Source: a virus (lineage: Duplodnaviria; Caudoviricetes). Taken from it: 43,540 nt of DNA. The stretch lies in the IMG/VR virus record IMGVR_UViG_3300033420_000011, positions 1 to 43,540 of that record; one strand, given 5' to 3'. Shown one piece after another: positions 16,719 through 26,522 of this stretch (its first letter is position 1; the number at the start of each line of letters is the position of its first letter). The translations under genes were made by a program, and so were the position numbers. Below the pieces are notes generated by a model. The model searched no databases. It was given only the letters and a program-made list of their open reading frames with translations, and had not been told where the DNA came from.

Positions 16719-19700
16719 TGGCAATCCCAATCAAAATTAAATTTGAATCGCAAAATGCTAATAAACCAATACAAGAATTAGATGAATTAAAAGAAAAGGT
16801 GAATAAAAACACCAATGAATTTCGCAATTTAAACACAGAGCTAAATAAAAATAAGCTAATTAGTGAGCAAATAGCGACGCAGATTGCCAATATGAATAAC
16901 CAACTAAAAAATAATAATATGCAATTATTAGCATCAAATATAAAAAAAACAGACAAATCAATGCAAGATTTAAATAAGAATATTAAAGAGTCTACACCTA
17001 CATTAGCTAAAATAGATGCTGTAATAAATAGTGTAGCTAATACTGTTTATTTACTTATTGAAGCACATAGAGTATTGCAGGCAACATACAAAAAATTAAT
17101 TGATCCTGCTTTTATTAATAGAACAAAAGACACACTCCAATATCTAACGCTAATCGCAGAATTAAAAGGATATGACCGTTTAGCTAATGGATTTAGATTA
17201 ATTGGCGACGCAATGGATTTTGTTTTTGCAAAAGTAAAAAGTTTAAATAGTGGATTTATGACTTTATCGGTTAGCATGAATACTTTTTTTAAAATTAAAG
17301 AAAAAATGAGAGATATAGAAGATACTCTAGGCACTGTTTTCAAGGTTTTTTTTGTCAGCGCTGTTGTGGGCTTTGGTGGTGTGCTTGCTAAGAATCAAGA
17401 CTTTATTAAAGCATTAAATAATACAATTCTGCAAATTAAAAATTTAGGTTTAGCTATGTCAAAAACTTTTAATTTATCAAAATTGTTCTCTGGATTTTCG
17501 GCAAGTGGTGCTGATATAAAAATTTTCTTATCCAAAATAAAAGAACAGTTCACAAATTTTATTATCTCACCTAAAATCAGCTTCGCAAATATAAATTTCT
17601 CAAATATAAAAAGCTCAATAATAGATATTAAAAACACTCTTTCCACTCTCGCACCTTCGTTTTTTGCTGTAGGGCAATCATTGGTTAATTTAGGATCGGC
17701 AACATGGAAAGTAATTAAAACGCTATCTTCTCAATTTATTGAAATGGCGAAGATGGTTTTTTCTGGTACACTATTTATTAATGAGAATTTAAAAATTTTA
17801 ACGTCATCAATAATATCTCATTCAACAAAAAGCATTCTATCGCTTACCGAGTACTCGGCTGGTGTTGGCTCAGCATTATCACTTGTAGGTCTTGCTTTAT
17901 TGTCTAGTGAAAGTAAATTTAATAAGTTTTTTGGGAGCGTTTTACTTTTGGCGGCCGCTTTTAGCTTAGGTTTTTCCCTAATTGTTAAAATAATTCTCGA
18001 CAAAATAGGTAGTTTTATCTTGGATATTGGACTATATCTTTATGAAATTTCAAATAAATTTACTAAATCAGCGAATAAACTCGAAAAAGCTACATGGAGT
18101 TTTGGTTTTATTTTCGCTGGAATAAATAGAGAAGTAAAAGGCTCTCTAGGCTCTTTTGATGAATGGAATGATAAAATAATAAAAATATCGCAGTCAACAA
18201 ATTACGCAATTGATGATGTTTATTCTGGTGTGCAAGAAGCATTACTTTTAGGTAAAAATTTACAATTTAATCAACAACAAATACAAAAATATGTTGATTT
18301 GGCGTTAGATTTAGGCACGATTACAGGTGATAGATTACAAGATGTCGTTATTTCGCTTGGGCAAGCATTTCAAGGCTCTGCTCAATCAGTGCAAAAATAC
18401 GGTTTGCATTTAAATGAAATGGGCGTTAATCATGCACAATATGCGAAACAACTAAATACAGATATTAGTGCTATGAATGATTATCAGCTTGCTCAATTAC
18501 GGCTTAACGTAGCACTAGAGCAATCTAATCCTGTGAAGGGAAAAGCGATAGCGTTATCTGAGACTATGGAAGGCTTACATAAAAAAATAAGTGCAACAAC
18601 TGAACAATTACAGGCAAAATTAGGCACAACAAATATAATTATCAGATCGTTAACAAGATTTTTTGCTGATTTTCTCACAACTCTAACCGAATTTCCACAG
18701 TCAATATTTAATATCGTGAGTTCTTTTATTGATTTTTCGAGCGCTTTATTTTTAGTTGTTGGTGGAAGCATTAAATTTGCTTTAGTTCTCACCTCGATAA
18801 TGACTCTGTTAACAGCTCTTCCTGCAGTGATGGCTTTTCTTAATGTTCAACTATTAGCGAACACAAAAGCGGTTGTTATTTTAGCCGATGCTTTTACTAT
18901 GCTTGCTTTTAAAATGAATTTATCGTCACAAATGCTCGCAATTACAAGCTTAAAAAATGTATTTATTAATTTAGGTATTGTTTTAAAAGCCTCATTAATA
19001 AGCATTATATCGCAAGGACTAAAAACTTTATTAACACTAGCCCAAAATCTTTTAAAAGGATTTTTGGCATTCGCAAAATCCCCCTTTGCGCGAATTTTAG
19101 GAACGTATTTAGCTCTTTTTACTGCTCTATATATAGCAGTTAGCGAGTTACAAAAAGAAACAAAAATATTTACTAAATTGGTAACCGATTTATCAAAAGC
19201 TTTCACCGATTTATTCAGTTCCTCAGAAAAAACAAATGAATCAATTTTAACAACAAAAGAAGTCATGGCTAATATGGGTAGAGGTGTAATTGCAACTTTC
19301 ATTTTTCTTCTCACTCTAGTACTCAATACAGCCTCTAGTATAATTATGGTTATTTCGTCATCAATAGCTCAAGTACTAGAGTCAATCGGAAATATGATTA
19401 GCATCGTTTCAAATTATTTAGGAAAATTTTTCTATAAAATATCAGATTTTTTTAACTCCGTTTCTGAAGCTTTTCAAAATTTAATTGTCGCTAATGGTGA
19501 TTATAATGAGCAATTATTACGTTTTATTTCACATATTGCAGTGCCACAAGCAGAAGCAGAAGAGCGAATGCAAGTCATGACTAGCTCGATGATGAAACAA
19601 CAAAAACTAGTTAATAGCTTGGACAAAGAAATAATCAAAGCAGGTGTTGAAAAAAACGAAATGTTAAAGCAATCGCTAGAATTACAAAAAGCAAAAATTG

Positions 19701-22700
19701 ATTTGAGCCAATTAGAAAATGAAACAGAAAAAACCAAAGAAACAAGACAAAAAGTAGAAGAAAAAAAGCTAGAAATATTTGAGAAAGAATTAAAATTTAA
19801 AAAAGAAATTGAAGAGATAGCAACCAATGCTAATATAATAAATTTACGTTTAGAAATAGAAAACATGCCCGAAAGTGTGGCAAAAATAAAAAAACTTAGC
19901 GAATTAGATATAATAGAAAAACAACAAGATATCACTAAAAAACAAGTTGATCTTTCTCAATTAGAAGAAACGCAAGCGGTATTTGATGCTGTAATGTCAT
20001 TAGAAAAACAATTACAAAATATAAAAACAACCGAAAATAAAAAGATGGAAAAAGAAATATTAGAATTAAAAAAATCAGCATTAGAACAATATAAAGATGT
20101 GATATCAACAGAAAGCGATAAAATAATTAATACTTATAAACAAAAAGAAGATGAATTTAAACAGTTATATACTAAACAATTGCTATCATCAAAACAAGTG
20201 CAAAATGCCGTAATTCAATTAAATAAACAAAAAAATAAAGAACTCAATGAATTATTAAAAACACAATCTGACGAATATATGGCAAAAATTAAAGAGCTAA
20301 ACGCTTCACGCTTAGAAGTATCAAAAAAGAATATTGAGAACGCTTATCTAATCGCTATTAAAGAATTAGAAAATATAGAAGAACTCAATGAACAAATAAG
20401 AAAAGCATATAAAGATAAAAAGATAATTCAAGAAACATATAATAAAGAAATTCAAGAAATAACCGATAAACGTAATAATATCTTACAAGAGTTAAATGCT
20501 AATTTCACTGAAATAATGACCGATACAAACAAACTTAATACTGAAAAACTCAGAAAAGAAATATCAGAACTCTCGCAAGTATTAAATATTTCTACCAATA
20601 ATAATGCTAATGATATAAGCGTCTCTTTTAATAATGCCTTATTATCTATTAACAAAATAAAATTAAAATCTAAAGAGTATTATACTGAAGCAATAAATAA
20701 AAATAAAGAAATGCGAGAAAATGGTTTAATCTCAACAATACAAGAACAAAACAACGCAGAAAAAGTAAAAGAAACAATTGAAAATATGTTAACAGATAAT
20801 TATGATAATATTCAAACATATTTCAAAAAATATAGCGAAAAATACGAAAACTTTATTAACAATAATTTAGAATTAAGTGATATAGAAAAACAAGAGCAAT
20901 TATCAAATATTGATGAAATAACAGATAAATTAAATGAATTAAAGTCAGAAGCAATTACAATTGATATTAAAATATCAAAAACTGAAAATGTATTAGCGAA
21001 TATAAATAATCAAATAAGCCTTTTCAAGAATGGTGTTAATTCAGTAATTGATTTTTACATGGGCGCAAATAGTGCATTATTTACTCAAGCCGAATTAAAA
21101 ATCTGGCAAGCTGATGCTCTGGATGGATTAAGAACAACGACTGAACGAGCGTTGAGCACGGGTAAAGTGTTTAGCAGTGAGATAGAAAAGATGACAAGTG
21201 TCAGCCCAAATTTAACCTTTATTGATAGATTTTTGGCACCGTTTAAAGCTCTTGCGAAGTCGGGTATTGCGATATTATCGCCACTATTTCAATTTATGAA
21301 ATTTTCTTTTGTAACTATTTTACAACAGGGATTTTTAGCAGAATTTTTAAAGAACTTAAATCTAGGAGCTAAAGCATTTAGAGAATTTACAGGGAAATTT
21401 ATAGGTGAATTTCTTTCACTTATGCCTAGAGTGATTGAGAATTTGCCAGTAATGATATACAATTTGGCTAAACAAATCCCTGCAATATTAAAAGAGATGC
21501 TTGTCGGATTGATTACACTTGTGTTTGATTTTGATAATTTAGTAACATTTCTTTACGACGCAATTGTTTTATTTATCACTGGTATTTTTGACGCAATTGT
21601 TAACCCAATTTTAGAAAAAATCAAGAAAGTATTCTTTGAAATTGGTGATTATATAGCCTCAATATTCACAGCTGATTTTTGGTCAAATATTGGGCAAGAT
21701 CTTTGGGATGCAATAACCAAACCATTAAAAAGGTTAATCGCATGGTTTACAGGCACTAAAATAAGAGCTGATAATTTTTTAGTTGAACCACAATATGAAG
21801 AAATAGCAGACAAAAATAAAGAGGCGCTAAATTCTTTTGTGGGCAATATTGCAACTGGTGAGTTTAGGATTCGCACCGCAAACGAAGCAGGTCAAGTGGA
21901 GCAAATTAAAACTTATGCCACTAGCATGACAGACAATCTAAATAATACAGCGGTTAATTTTGCGTCAACAATGGCGTCTAACGTAGAGGGCAGTTTAACA
22001 ACCTCCGTATATTCAGCATTATCAAATGGCTTTACTCTTTTCAATCAAGATAATTCATTAGCCGTAAATTTAAATATTGCAACCAATGCGGTTAAGCAAT
22101 TTGCCAGCGGTGGATTTGTTTCAGCAGAAACAAAACAAACAGCGGAAACACAAGGAAATTCGCTAAAGAACGATAAAATCCCTGCTCTTTTATCTGAAGG
22201 CGAATATATATTACCAAGATCGATCACTCAAAATAAAGAAATAATGGCTCAAATTTTAAGTTTAGTTCAAGGTAATACAAAAGCCTTTGCTGATGGTGGT
22301 TATGCATATTCTTCGGCAAATATGACAGACATATTTTTACAGGTTCAGCAAAAATATAAACCCAAAGCTCAAAAAGCGGTTGCACCAGTTCAGCAAGCCG
22401 TACAGCAAGATAATAGTATCTTAGGATCAGATAGTTTTGGCGATGCGGTGGGCAATTTGGGTAAAACCATTGTGGATGCTCTGATTGCACCTTTTAAGAA
22501 TTTAGATTTGTCATTTGCAAGCTTAAAAAAGGCATTTACAGATATTTTTGCGCCTATTAGCGACTTTTTAGACAGTTTAAATAAAACATTAGATAAGTTG
22601 CTAGATAAAATCGATAAATTAAGTGCTGATTTAGGTGCTAAAGCAGGCGACAAAGTAGGCGAAGTTGCTCAAAAAGTTGCGAGTGCTGTTGGTATTGAGT

Positions 22701-24202
22701 TAGATCCGCAAACAGTAAAAAATATTTCTAAAGTAGTGGGTAAAATCGTTGAATTAGGTGCCAAAGCCTTACTAATTGCCATACTTGCTTATGGTACTGC
22801 TATCATGAGCGTGGGAGCTTATTACGCCGTTATTACAATCGCAACCTATGCGTATCAAGGGGCTTTAATCATTGCAAACTACGCAACAATCGCTTATACC
22901 GCAGTGGTCTCGGCTCTTGGCGTGGCGATGGCTCTAGCATCCTCGCCAATTGTTATTATTATTGCTCTTGTGGCGGCTTTTGTGCTTGCGATTGTGTATT
23001 TATATCGCAATATCGAAATGATTAAAGCCTCATTAGCTCAATTTGCTGATTATATGGTTGGTATTTGGGAAAAAATGAAAGCTCCAATAGCTCAATTTGG
23101 GGCGTGGTTTATGGAAAATATTCAGGTAATTATGTATGCAGTTGCAGGCATTATTTTGGTAGGAGTAGCTCTCGCTTTTGCACCAATTACATTAGTCATT
23201 GCAGTTATTGCAGGGGCAATTTATTTAGTTATCACTTATTTTGATCAAATAAAAGAAACTTTATCTAAAATCGGCACATTTATTAATGATAATATCATCG
23301 CACCTATCGTTAGCTTATTTTCAACCGTAAAAACAACTCTTATTGACCCTATCATTACAGGATTAACCGCATTTTATAACGCAATTATATTGCCAATTGT
23401 AACCTTTATTTCAACAATTCTATCACCCTTTTTCACACAATTATCAACCTTTTTCAAGGATATTTTTATTGGAGCGTGGGCGAATGTTAAGCTTGCAGTT
23501 ACAGCCGTGTTAGCTTTTCCATCAAAAATAGCTAATAAATTCAAGGAAATTATTCCTAAAATAGGAGAAACACTTTCTAGTATAGGATCTTTAATTTTTA
23601 ATTCGGTAACACAAGGGTTTAAGGGCTTTACTGGTTTTTTAAGTGAATTAATTGATAAAGTGGCCGTAATATTGAACAAACCTAAAGAAGCAGTGCAAGC
23701 AGTGAAAAATGCAGGAGCTAAAGTTGTGAATACAGTAGCCGATAAAGGGAGGCAATTTGGTAAGTGGCTCGGTTTTGCTGAGGGCGGTTTTGTTGACACA
23801 TCGATAGTTGGCATGAGAGCCACGCAACAAGGGAATTCAATTGCAAACGATAAAATTCCTGCTCTTCTCTCCCAAGGCGAGTATATTATTCCTCGCAGTA
23901 TCGCACAAAATTCAATGCTTATGGCTCAAATCCTTGCAATTATACATGGCACAGCAATCACGGCAAGCAAGGGCATAATGCCAACTATTCCAACAAGCAT
24001 TGAACCTAAAGCAATAAAAATAAGCTTAGAAGTAAGCACAAACAGCAATAATAATATAAATATCAGCGTAAAATCAGACAATAAAGTAACAATTGATAAT
24101 CAAGAATTAACCAAAGTGATTTTACCCGCACTCAAAAAAGCTATTTACGACGAGAGCAAACAAGGCAAATCAATCATAAATATAAGGGGCATCGAGTCAT
24201 GA
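16718..24202 (+). CDS. Tail tape measure protein (~2490 aa)
   Basis: Very long helical protein, MAIPIKIKFE start behind GGAGG, hydrophobic blocks, coiled coil, FAxGG...DKIPALLSxGEY motifs. Confidence 0.92.
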   Translation: MAIPIKIKFESQNANKPIQELDELKEKVNKNTNEFRNLNTELNKNKLISEQIATQIANMNNQLKNNNMQLLASNIKKTDKSMQDLNKNIKESTPTLAKIDAVINSVANTVYLLIEAHRVLQATYKKLIDPAFINRTKDTLQYLTLIAELKGYDRLANGFRLIGDAMDFVFAKVKSLNSGFMTLSVSMNTFFKIKEKMRDIEDTLGTVFKVFFVSAVVGFGGVLAKNQDFIKALNNTILQIKNLGLAMSKTFNLSKLFSGFSASGADIKIFLSKIKEQFTNFIISPKISFANINFSNIKSSIIDIKNTLSTLAPSFFAVGQSLVNLGSATWKVIKTLSSQFIEMAKMVFSGTLFINENLKILTSSIISHSTKSILSLTEYSAGVGSALSLVGLALLSSESKFNKFFGSVLLLAAAFSLGFSLIVKIILDKIGSFILDIGLYLYEISNKFTKSANKLEKATWSFGFIFAGINREVKGSLGSFDEWNDKIIKISQSTNYAIDDVYSGVQEALLLGKNLQFNQQQIQKYVDLALDLGTITGDRLQDVVISLGQAFQGSAQSVQKYGLHLNEMGVNHAQYAKQLNTDISAMNDYQLAQLRLNVALEQSNPVKGKAIALSETMEGLHKKISATTEQLQAKLGTTNIIIRSLTRFFADFLTTLTEFPQSIFNIVSSFIDFSSALFLVVGGSIKFALVLTSIMTLLTALPAVMAFLNVQLLANTKAVVILADAFTMLAFKMNLSSQMLAITSLKNVFINLGIVLKASLISIISQGLKTLLTLAQNLLKGFLAFAKSPFARILGTYLALFTALYIAVSELQKETKIFTKLVTDLSKAFTDLFSSSEKTNESILTTKEVMANMGRGVIATFIFLLTLVLNTASSIIMVISSSIAQVLESIGNMISIVSNYLGKFFYKISDFFNSVSEAFQNLIVANGDYNEQLLRFISHIAVPQAEAEERMQVMTSSMMKQQKLVNSLDKEIIKAGVEKNEMLKQSLELQKAKIDLSQLENETEKTKETRQKVEEKKLEIFEKELKFKKEIEEIATNANIINLRLEIENMPESVAKIKKLSELDIIEKQQDITKKQVDLSQLEETQAVFDAVMSLEKQLQNIKTTENKKMEKEILELKKSALEQYKDVISTESDKIINTYKQKEDEFKQLYTKQLLSSKQVQNAVIQLNKQKNKELNELLKTQSDEYMAKIKELNASRLEVSKKNIENAYLIAIKELENIEELNEQIRKAYKDKKIIQETYNKEIQEITDKRNNILQELNANFTEIMTDTNKLNTEKLRKEISELSQVLNISTNNNANDISVSFNNALLSINKIKLKSKEYYTEAINKNKEMRENGLISTIQEQNNAEKVKETIENMLTDNYDNIQTYFKKYSEKYENFINNNLELSDIEKQEQLSNIDEITDKLNELKSEAITIDIKISKTENVLANINNQISLFKNGVNSVIDFYMGANSALFTQAELKIWQADALDGLRTTTERALSTGKVFSSEIEKMTSVSPNLTFIDRFLAPFKALAKSGIAILSPLFQFMKFSFVTILQQGFLAEFLKNLNLGAKAFREFTGKFIGEFLSLMPRVIENLPVMIYNLAKQIPAILKEMLVGLITLVFDFDNLVTFLYDAIVLFITGIFDAIVNPILEKIKKVFFEIGDYIASIFTADFWSNIGQDLWDAITKPLKRLIAWFTGTKIRADNFLVEPQYEEIADKNKEALNSFVGNIATGEFRIRTANEAGQVEQIKTYATSMTDNLNNTAVNFASTMASNVEGSLTTSVYSALSNGFTLFNQDNSLAVNLNIATNAVKQFASGGFVSAETKQTAETQGNSLKNDKIPALLSEGEYILPRSITQNKEIMAQILSLVQGNTKAFADGGYAYSSANMTDIFLQVQQKYKPKAQKAVAPVQQAVQQDNSILGSDSFGDAVGNLGKTIVDALIAPFKNLDLSFASLKKAFTDIFAPISDFLDSLNKTLDKLLDKIDKLSADLGAKAGDKVGEVAQKVASAVGIELDPQTVKNISKVVGKIVELGAKALLIAILAYGTAIMSVGAYYAVITIATYAYQGALIIANYATIAYTAVVSALGVAMALASSPIVIIIALVAAFVLAIVYLYRNIEMIKASLAQFADYMVGIWEKMKAPIAQFGAWFMENIQVIMYAVAGIILVGVALAFAPITLVIAVIAGAIYLVITYFDQIKETLSKIGTFINDNIIAPIVSLFSTVKTTLIDPIITGLTAFYNAIILPIVTFISTILSPFFTQLSTFFKDIFIGAWANVKLAVTAVLAFPSKIANKFKEIIPKIGETLSSIGSLIFNSVTQGFKGFTGFLSELIDKVAVILNKPKEAVQAVKNAGAKVVNTVADKGRQFGKWLGFAEGGFVDTSIVGMRATQQGNSIANDKIPALLSQGEYIIPRSIAQNSMLMAQILAIIHGTAITASKGIMPTIPTSIEPKAIKISLEVSTNSNNNINISVKSDNKVTIDNQELTKVILPALKKAIYDESKQGKSIINIRGIES

Positions 24203-25350
24203 TATTAAGCCAATTTTCAGCAGTCACAAATACGCAAGGTAATTATTATTGTGCTTGTGATTGGCTTGCAAGACCTTTTTTAGCTCATTTTGTTTATAAA
24301 AGTAAGCAAAATCAGGTTAACAGTGTTAAATTTAGTGCTCTTAATTGTCAATATAATGCATGTATTACCAAAAATAAAACACTTTTTAACCAAATTCAGA
24401 GTTACAAAAACATAATAATACATAATCAAGTCAATAGCTTATGCTTATTTGCATATAATAAGCAATATAATACTTATTCTATAGCAGAAAGTCATAATCA
24501 ATTTAACAGCAATAAGATTAGAACAATTCATAACCAAGTTAACAGCTTTAGTCTTAGAAAAGTGCAAAATCAATTTAATAGTTATTTACTTAGAAACTTA
24601 TATAATCAATTCAATAGCTTCAAGCTTGCTAATTTGCATAATCAATTTAACAGCTTTAAACTTATTAGTTTATATAATCAATTTAATAGTTATTTACTTA
24701 GAAACTTATATAATCAATTAACAAACTCTATACGCAGAGATCGCATACTTGAGGCTCAATTTAATTCATATTTGCTAAATACATACGATAATCAAGCCGC
24801 TTTTTCAATTTTAACTATTCCGCTAAATAAAAATCAATATAACAGTACAAAACTAGAACTTATTTCAGCACAATACACCTCAACTATATCTTATAATTTT
24901 ACATATCATAATCAATTAAAGCTTATCTTTGAACGCTATTTTTTAGCTCAATATAAATCAGGAATTAGAACCGATAACACTAGATTATTCCAATATCTTA
25001 GTGATCGTAATACACAAGTAGTCGGCGAGCGAAATGGAGAGTATGCATATTCTGCTTTTCCTTCTCGTGCGTGGTGTTATGCTAGTTATGTTAGCTACAC
25101 AATCAAAAGTCAAGCTTATTTTGTAATAAATAAAGAACATAATGTTAATTATCAATATAATTTTGTAGTATCTGCAACTAGATTTTTACATTCTCAATAC
25201 GCTTTTATTTTAAATAACTCGATGGCTCTACATAAACAAATATTTATTATTATTGGTTTAATACGAAGAGCAAGTAAAAAAATATCAACACAAATAAAAA
25301 TAATTCCTAATAAAGTAATCAATAATCAATATAAAAGGAGACCTTTTTAA
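24199..25350 (+). CDS. Asn/Gln/aromatic-rich ~12-aa repeat protein, probably virion-associated
   Basis: Repeating (H/Y)NQFNS motif; ATGA-coupled to the tape measure gene. Confidence 0.65.
   Translation: MILSQFSAVTNTQGNYYCACDWLARPFLAHFVYKSKQNQVNSVKFSALNCQYNACITKNKTLFNQIQSYKNIIIHNQVNSLCLFAYNKQYNTYSIAESHNQFNSNKIRTIHNQVNSFSLRKVQNQFNSYLLRNLYNQFNSFKLANLHNQFNSFKLISLYNQFNSYLLRNLYNQLTNSIRRDRILEAQFNSYLLNTYDNQAAFSILTIPLNKNQYNSTKLELISAQYTSTISYNFTYHNQLKLIFERYFLAQYKSGIRTDNTRLFQYLSDRNTQVVGERNGEYAYSAFPSRAWCYASYVSYTIKSQAYFVINKEHNVNYQYNFVVSATRFLHSQYAFILNNSMALHKQIFIIIGLIRRASKKISTQIKIIPNKVINNQYKRRPF
24420..24860 (+). repeat. 36-bp period coding repeats
   Basis: AATCAATTTAA units; 44 bp at 24568-24611 is repeated exactly at 24676-24719 (offset 108 = 3x36). 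Confidence 0.85.
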
Positions 25351-26249
25351 TGTATAATACGAATAATTTAAGAATTTTATGGGAAATAGGTACGGATGGC
25401 TTACAATATAACAATATTATTACAGCCACAAGCGGAATTAGTGCAGATTATGGCGTTCTAAACATAAAATCAGACCTTTTAGAGGCTAAATATCGAGTAG
25501 CAGAGAAAAACATTTTTATTCAAATAGATGTAGGCAGAGTTGATGACGGAACTACTCCACGAACAAAGTCTATCGCTATTGACACTTTAGGGCTACTCTC
25601 AACAAACCTCACGCTAGACGCAATTATTCAAGTTTATGGTTATGGCGATGCGTATTCTTCCACGCCTCTAGCGACAATAATCCAATCGCAAGGCACTTTG
25701 ATTATTTCAAAATCTAAAAGGGATTTATGCAATAATGACGAGTATCAAAATGATTTAGTCTATGTTAGTGATGACGAAGATACAAGACAATTTAGGCATT
25801 TTTTGATTTTAATTCAAGACTTAAACAATCTAAATAGCTATTTAGAAATTGGTCGCCTTATTGGCGGTCAATCAACCATTCTTGAAGAAAATAATTTATT
25901 AAATGGTGCAAGCAACTTTAACGAGCAGTTTAATTTTGAGGAGATTGTTTATTCAGATACTGTTAATCTCAATGGTTATTCAACAATCGCAAACGAGCGA
26001 GCAGTAAGACGAAAAGTCAGCCTAGAATTTAGCAATTTAAATATAATATCGTCAAATTATAGAGCATTAAAACGCATGTGGGGCTATTGCAAAGATAATA
26101 AAAAGATGCTCGTGATTCCAGCTCCAACAATCGCTACTTATTTCCATTGTTACGCCAAATTAGCAAATATTCCTAAGCAAACTATCAATTATGTGGATAA
26201 TAATAATATTTTTAGTAACTTCACGCTAGAATTCGACGAGGCGAAATGA
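25350..26249 (+). CDS. Minor tail protein (distal-tail-like)
   Basis: Position; beta-rich, YLEIGRLIGG, C-terminal FTLEFDE. Confidence 0.55.
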   Translation: MYNTNNLRILWEIGTDGLQYNNIITATSGISADYGVLNIKSDLLEAKYRVAEKNIFIQIDVGRVDDGTTPRTKSIAIDTLGLLSTNLTLDAIIQVYGYGDAYSSTPLATIIQSQGTLIISKSKRDLCNNDEYQNDLVYVSDDEDTRQFRHFLILIQDLNNLNSYLEIGRLIGGQSTILEENNLLNGASNFNEQFNFEEIVYSDTVNLNGYSTIANERAVRRKVSLEFSNLNIISSNYRALKRMWGYCKDNKKMLVIPAPTIATYFHCYAKLANIPKQTINYVDNNNIFSNFTLEFDEAK

Positions 26250-26439
26250 TTAGTCATCGCATTTTAGAAGTAATCCCGCTTTTTCGTTTTCTTCCCACAC
26301 CTCTCGCAAGTCTTTTGATACCTGCTCTATCGTTCTTTTGTGTTTTTTCGCTAATAGCTTGATATCCTTCTCGCATCTAGCTACTATGCTTAGAATTAAC
26401 TCTTCCCTAACTTGTGCTTTATTTTAAAAATATTTTAGA

Positions 26440-26470
26440 AGTGGTTGTAAACTAATAGTTAACAACCACT
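26440..26470. repeat. 31-bp near-perfect palindrome
   Basis: AGTGGTTGTAAACTA-A-TAGTTAACAACCACT, 14 of 15 arm positions pair. Confidence 0.9.
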
Positions 26471-26522
26471 GCAAATATACAATATTTCTTTTTTTTGTTA
26501 TTCTTAAAAAAGAGGTGCTAAT

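Noticed and set aside
16681-23830. Many minus-strand ORFs within the tape measure gene (and similar shadow ORFs elsewhere)
   Set aside because: Ser/Phe/Ile/Leu-rich antisense shadows of a codon-biased gene, lacking RBSs
24420-24860. 36-bp periodic repeats as a CRISPR array
   Set aside because: Tandem, degenerate at codon positions, inside an ORF and without unique spacers
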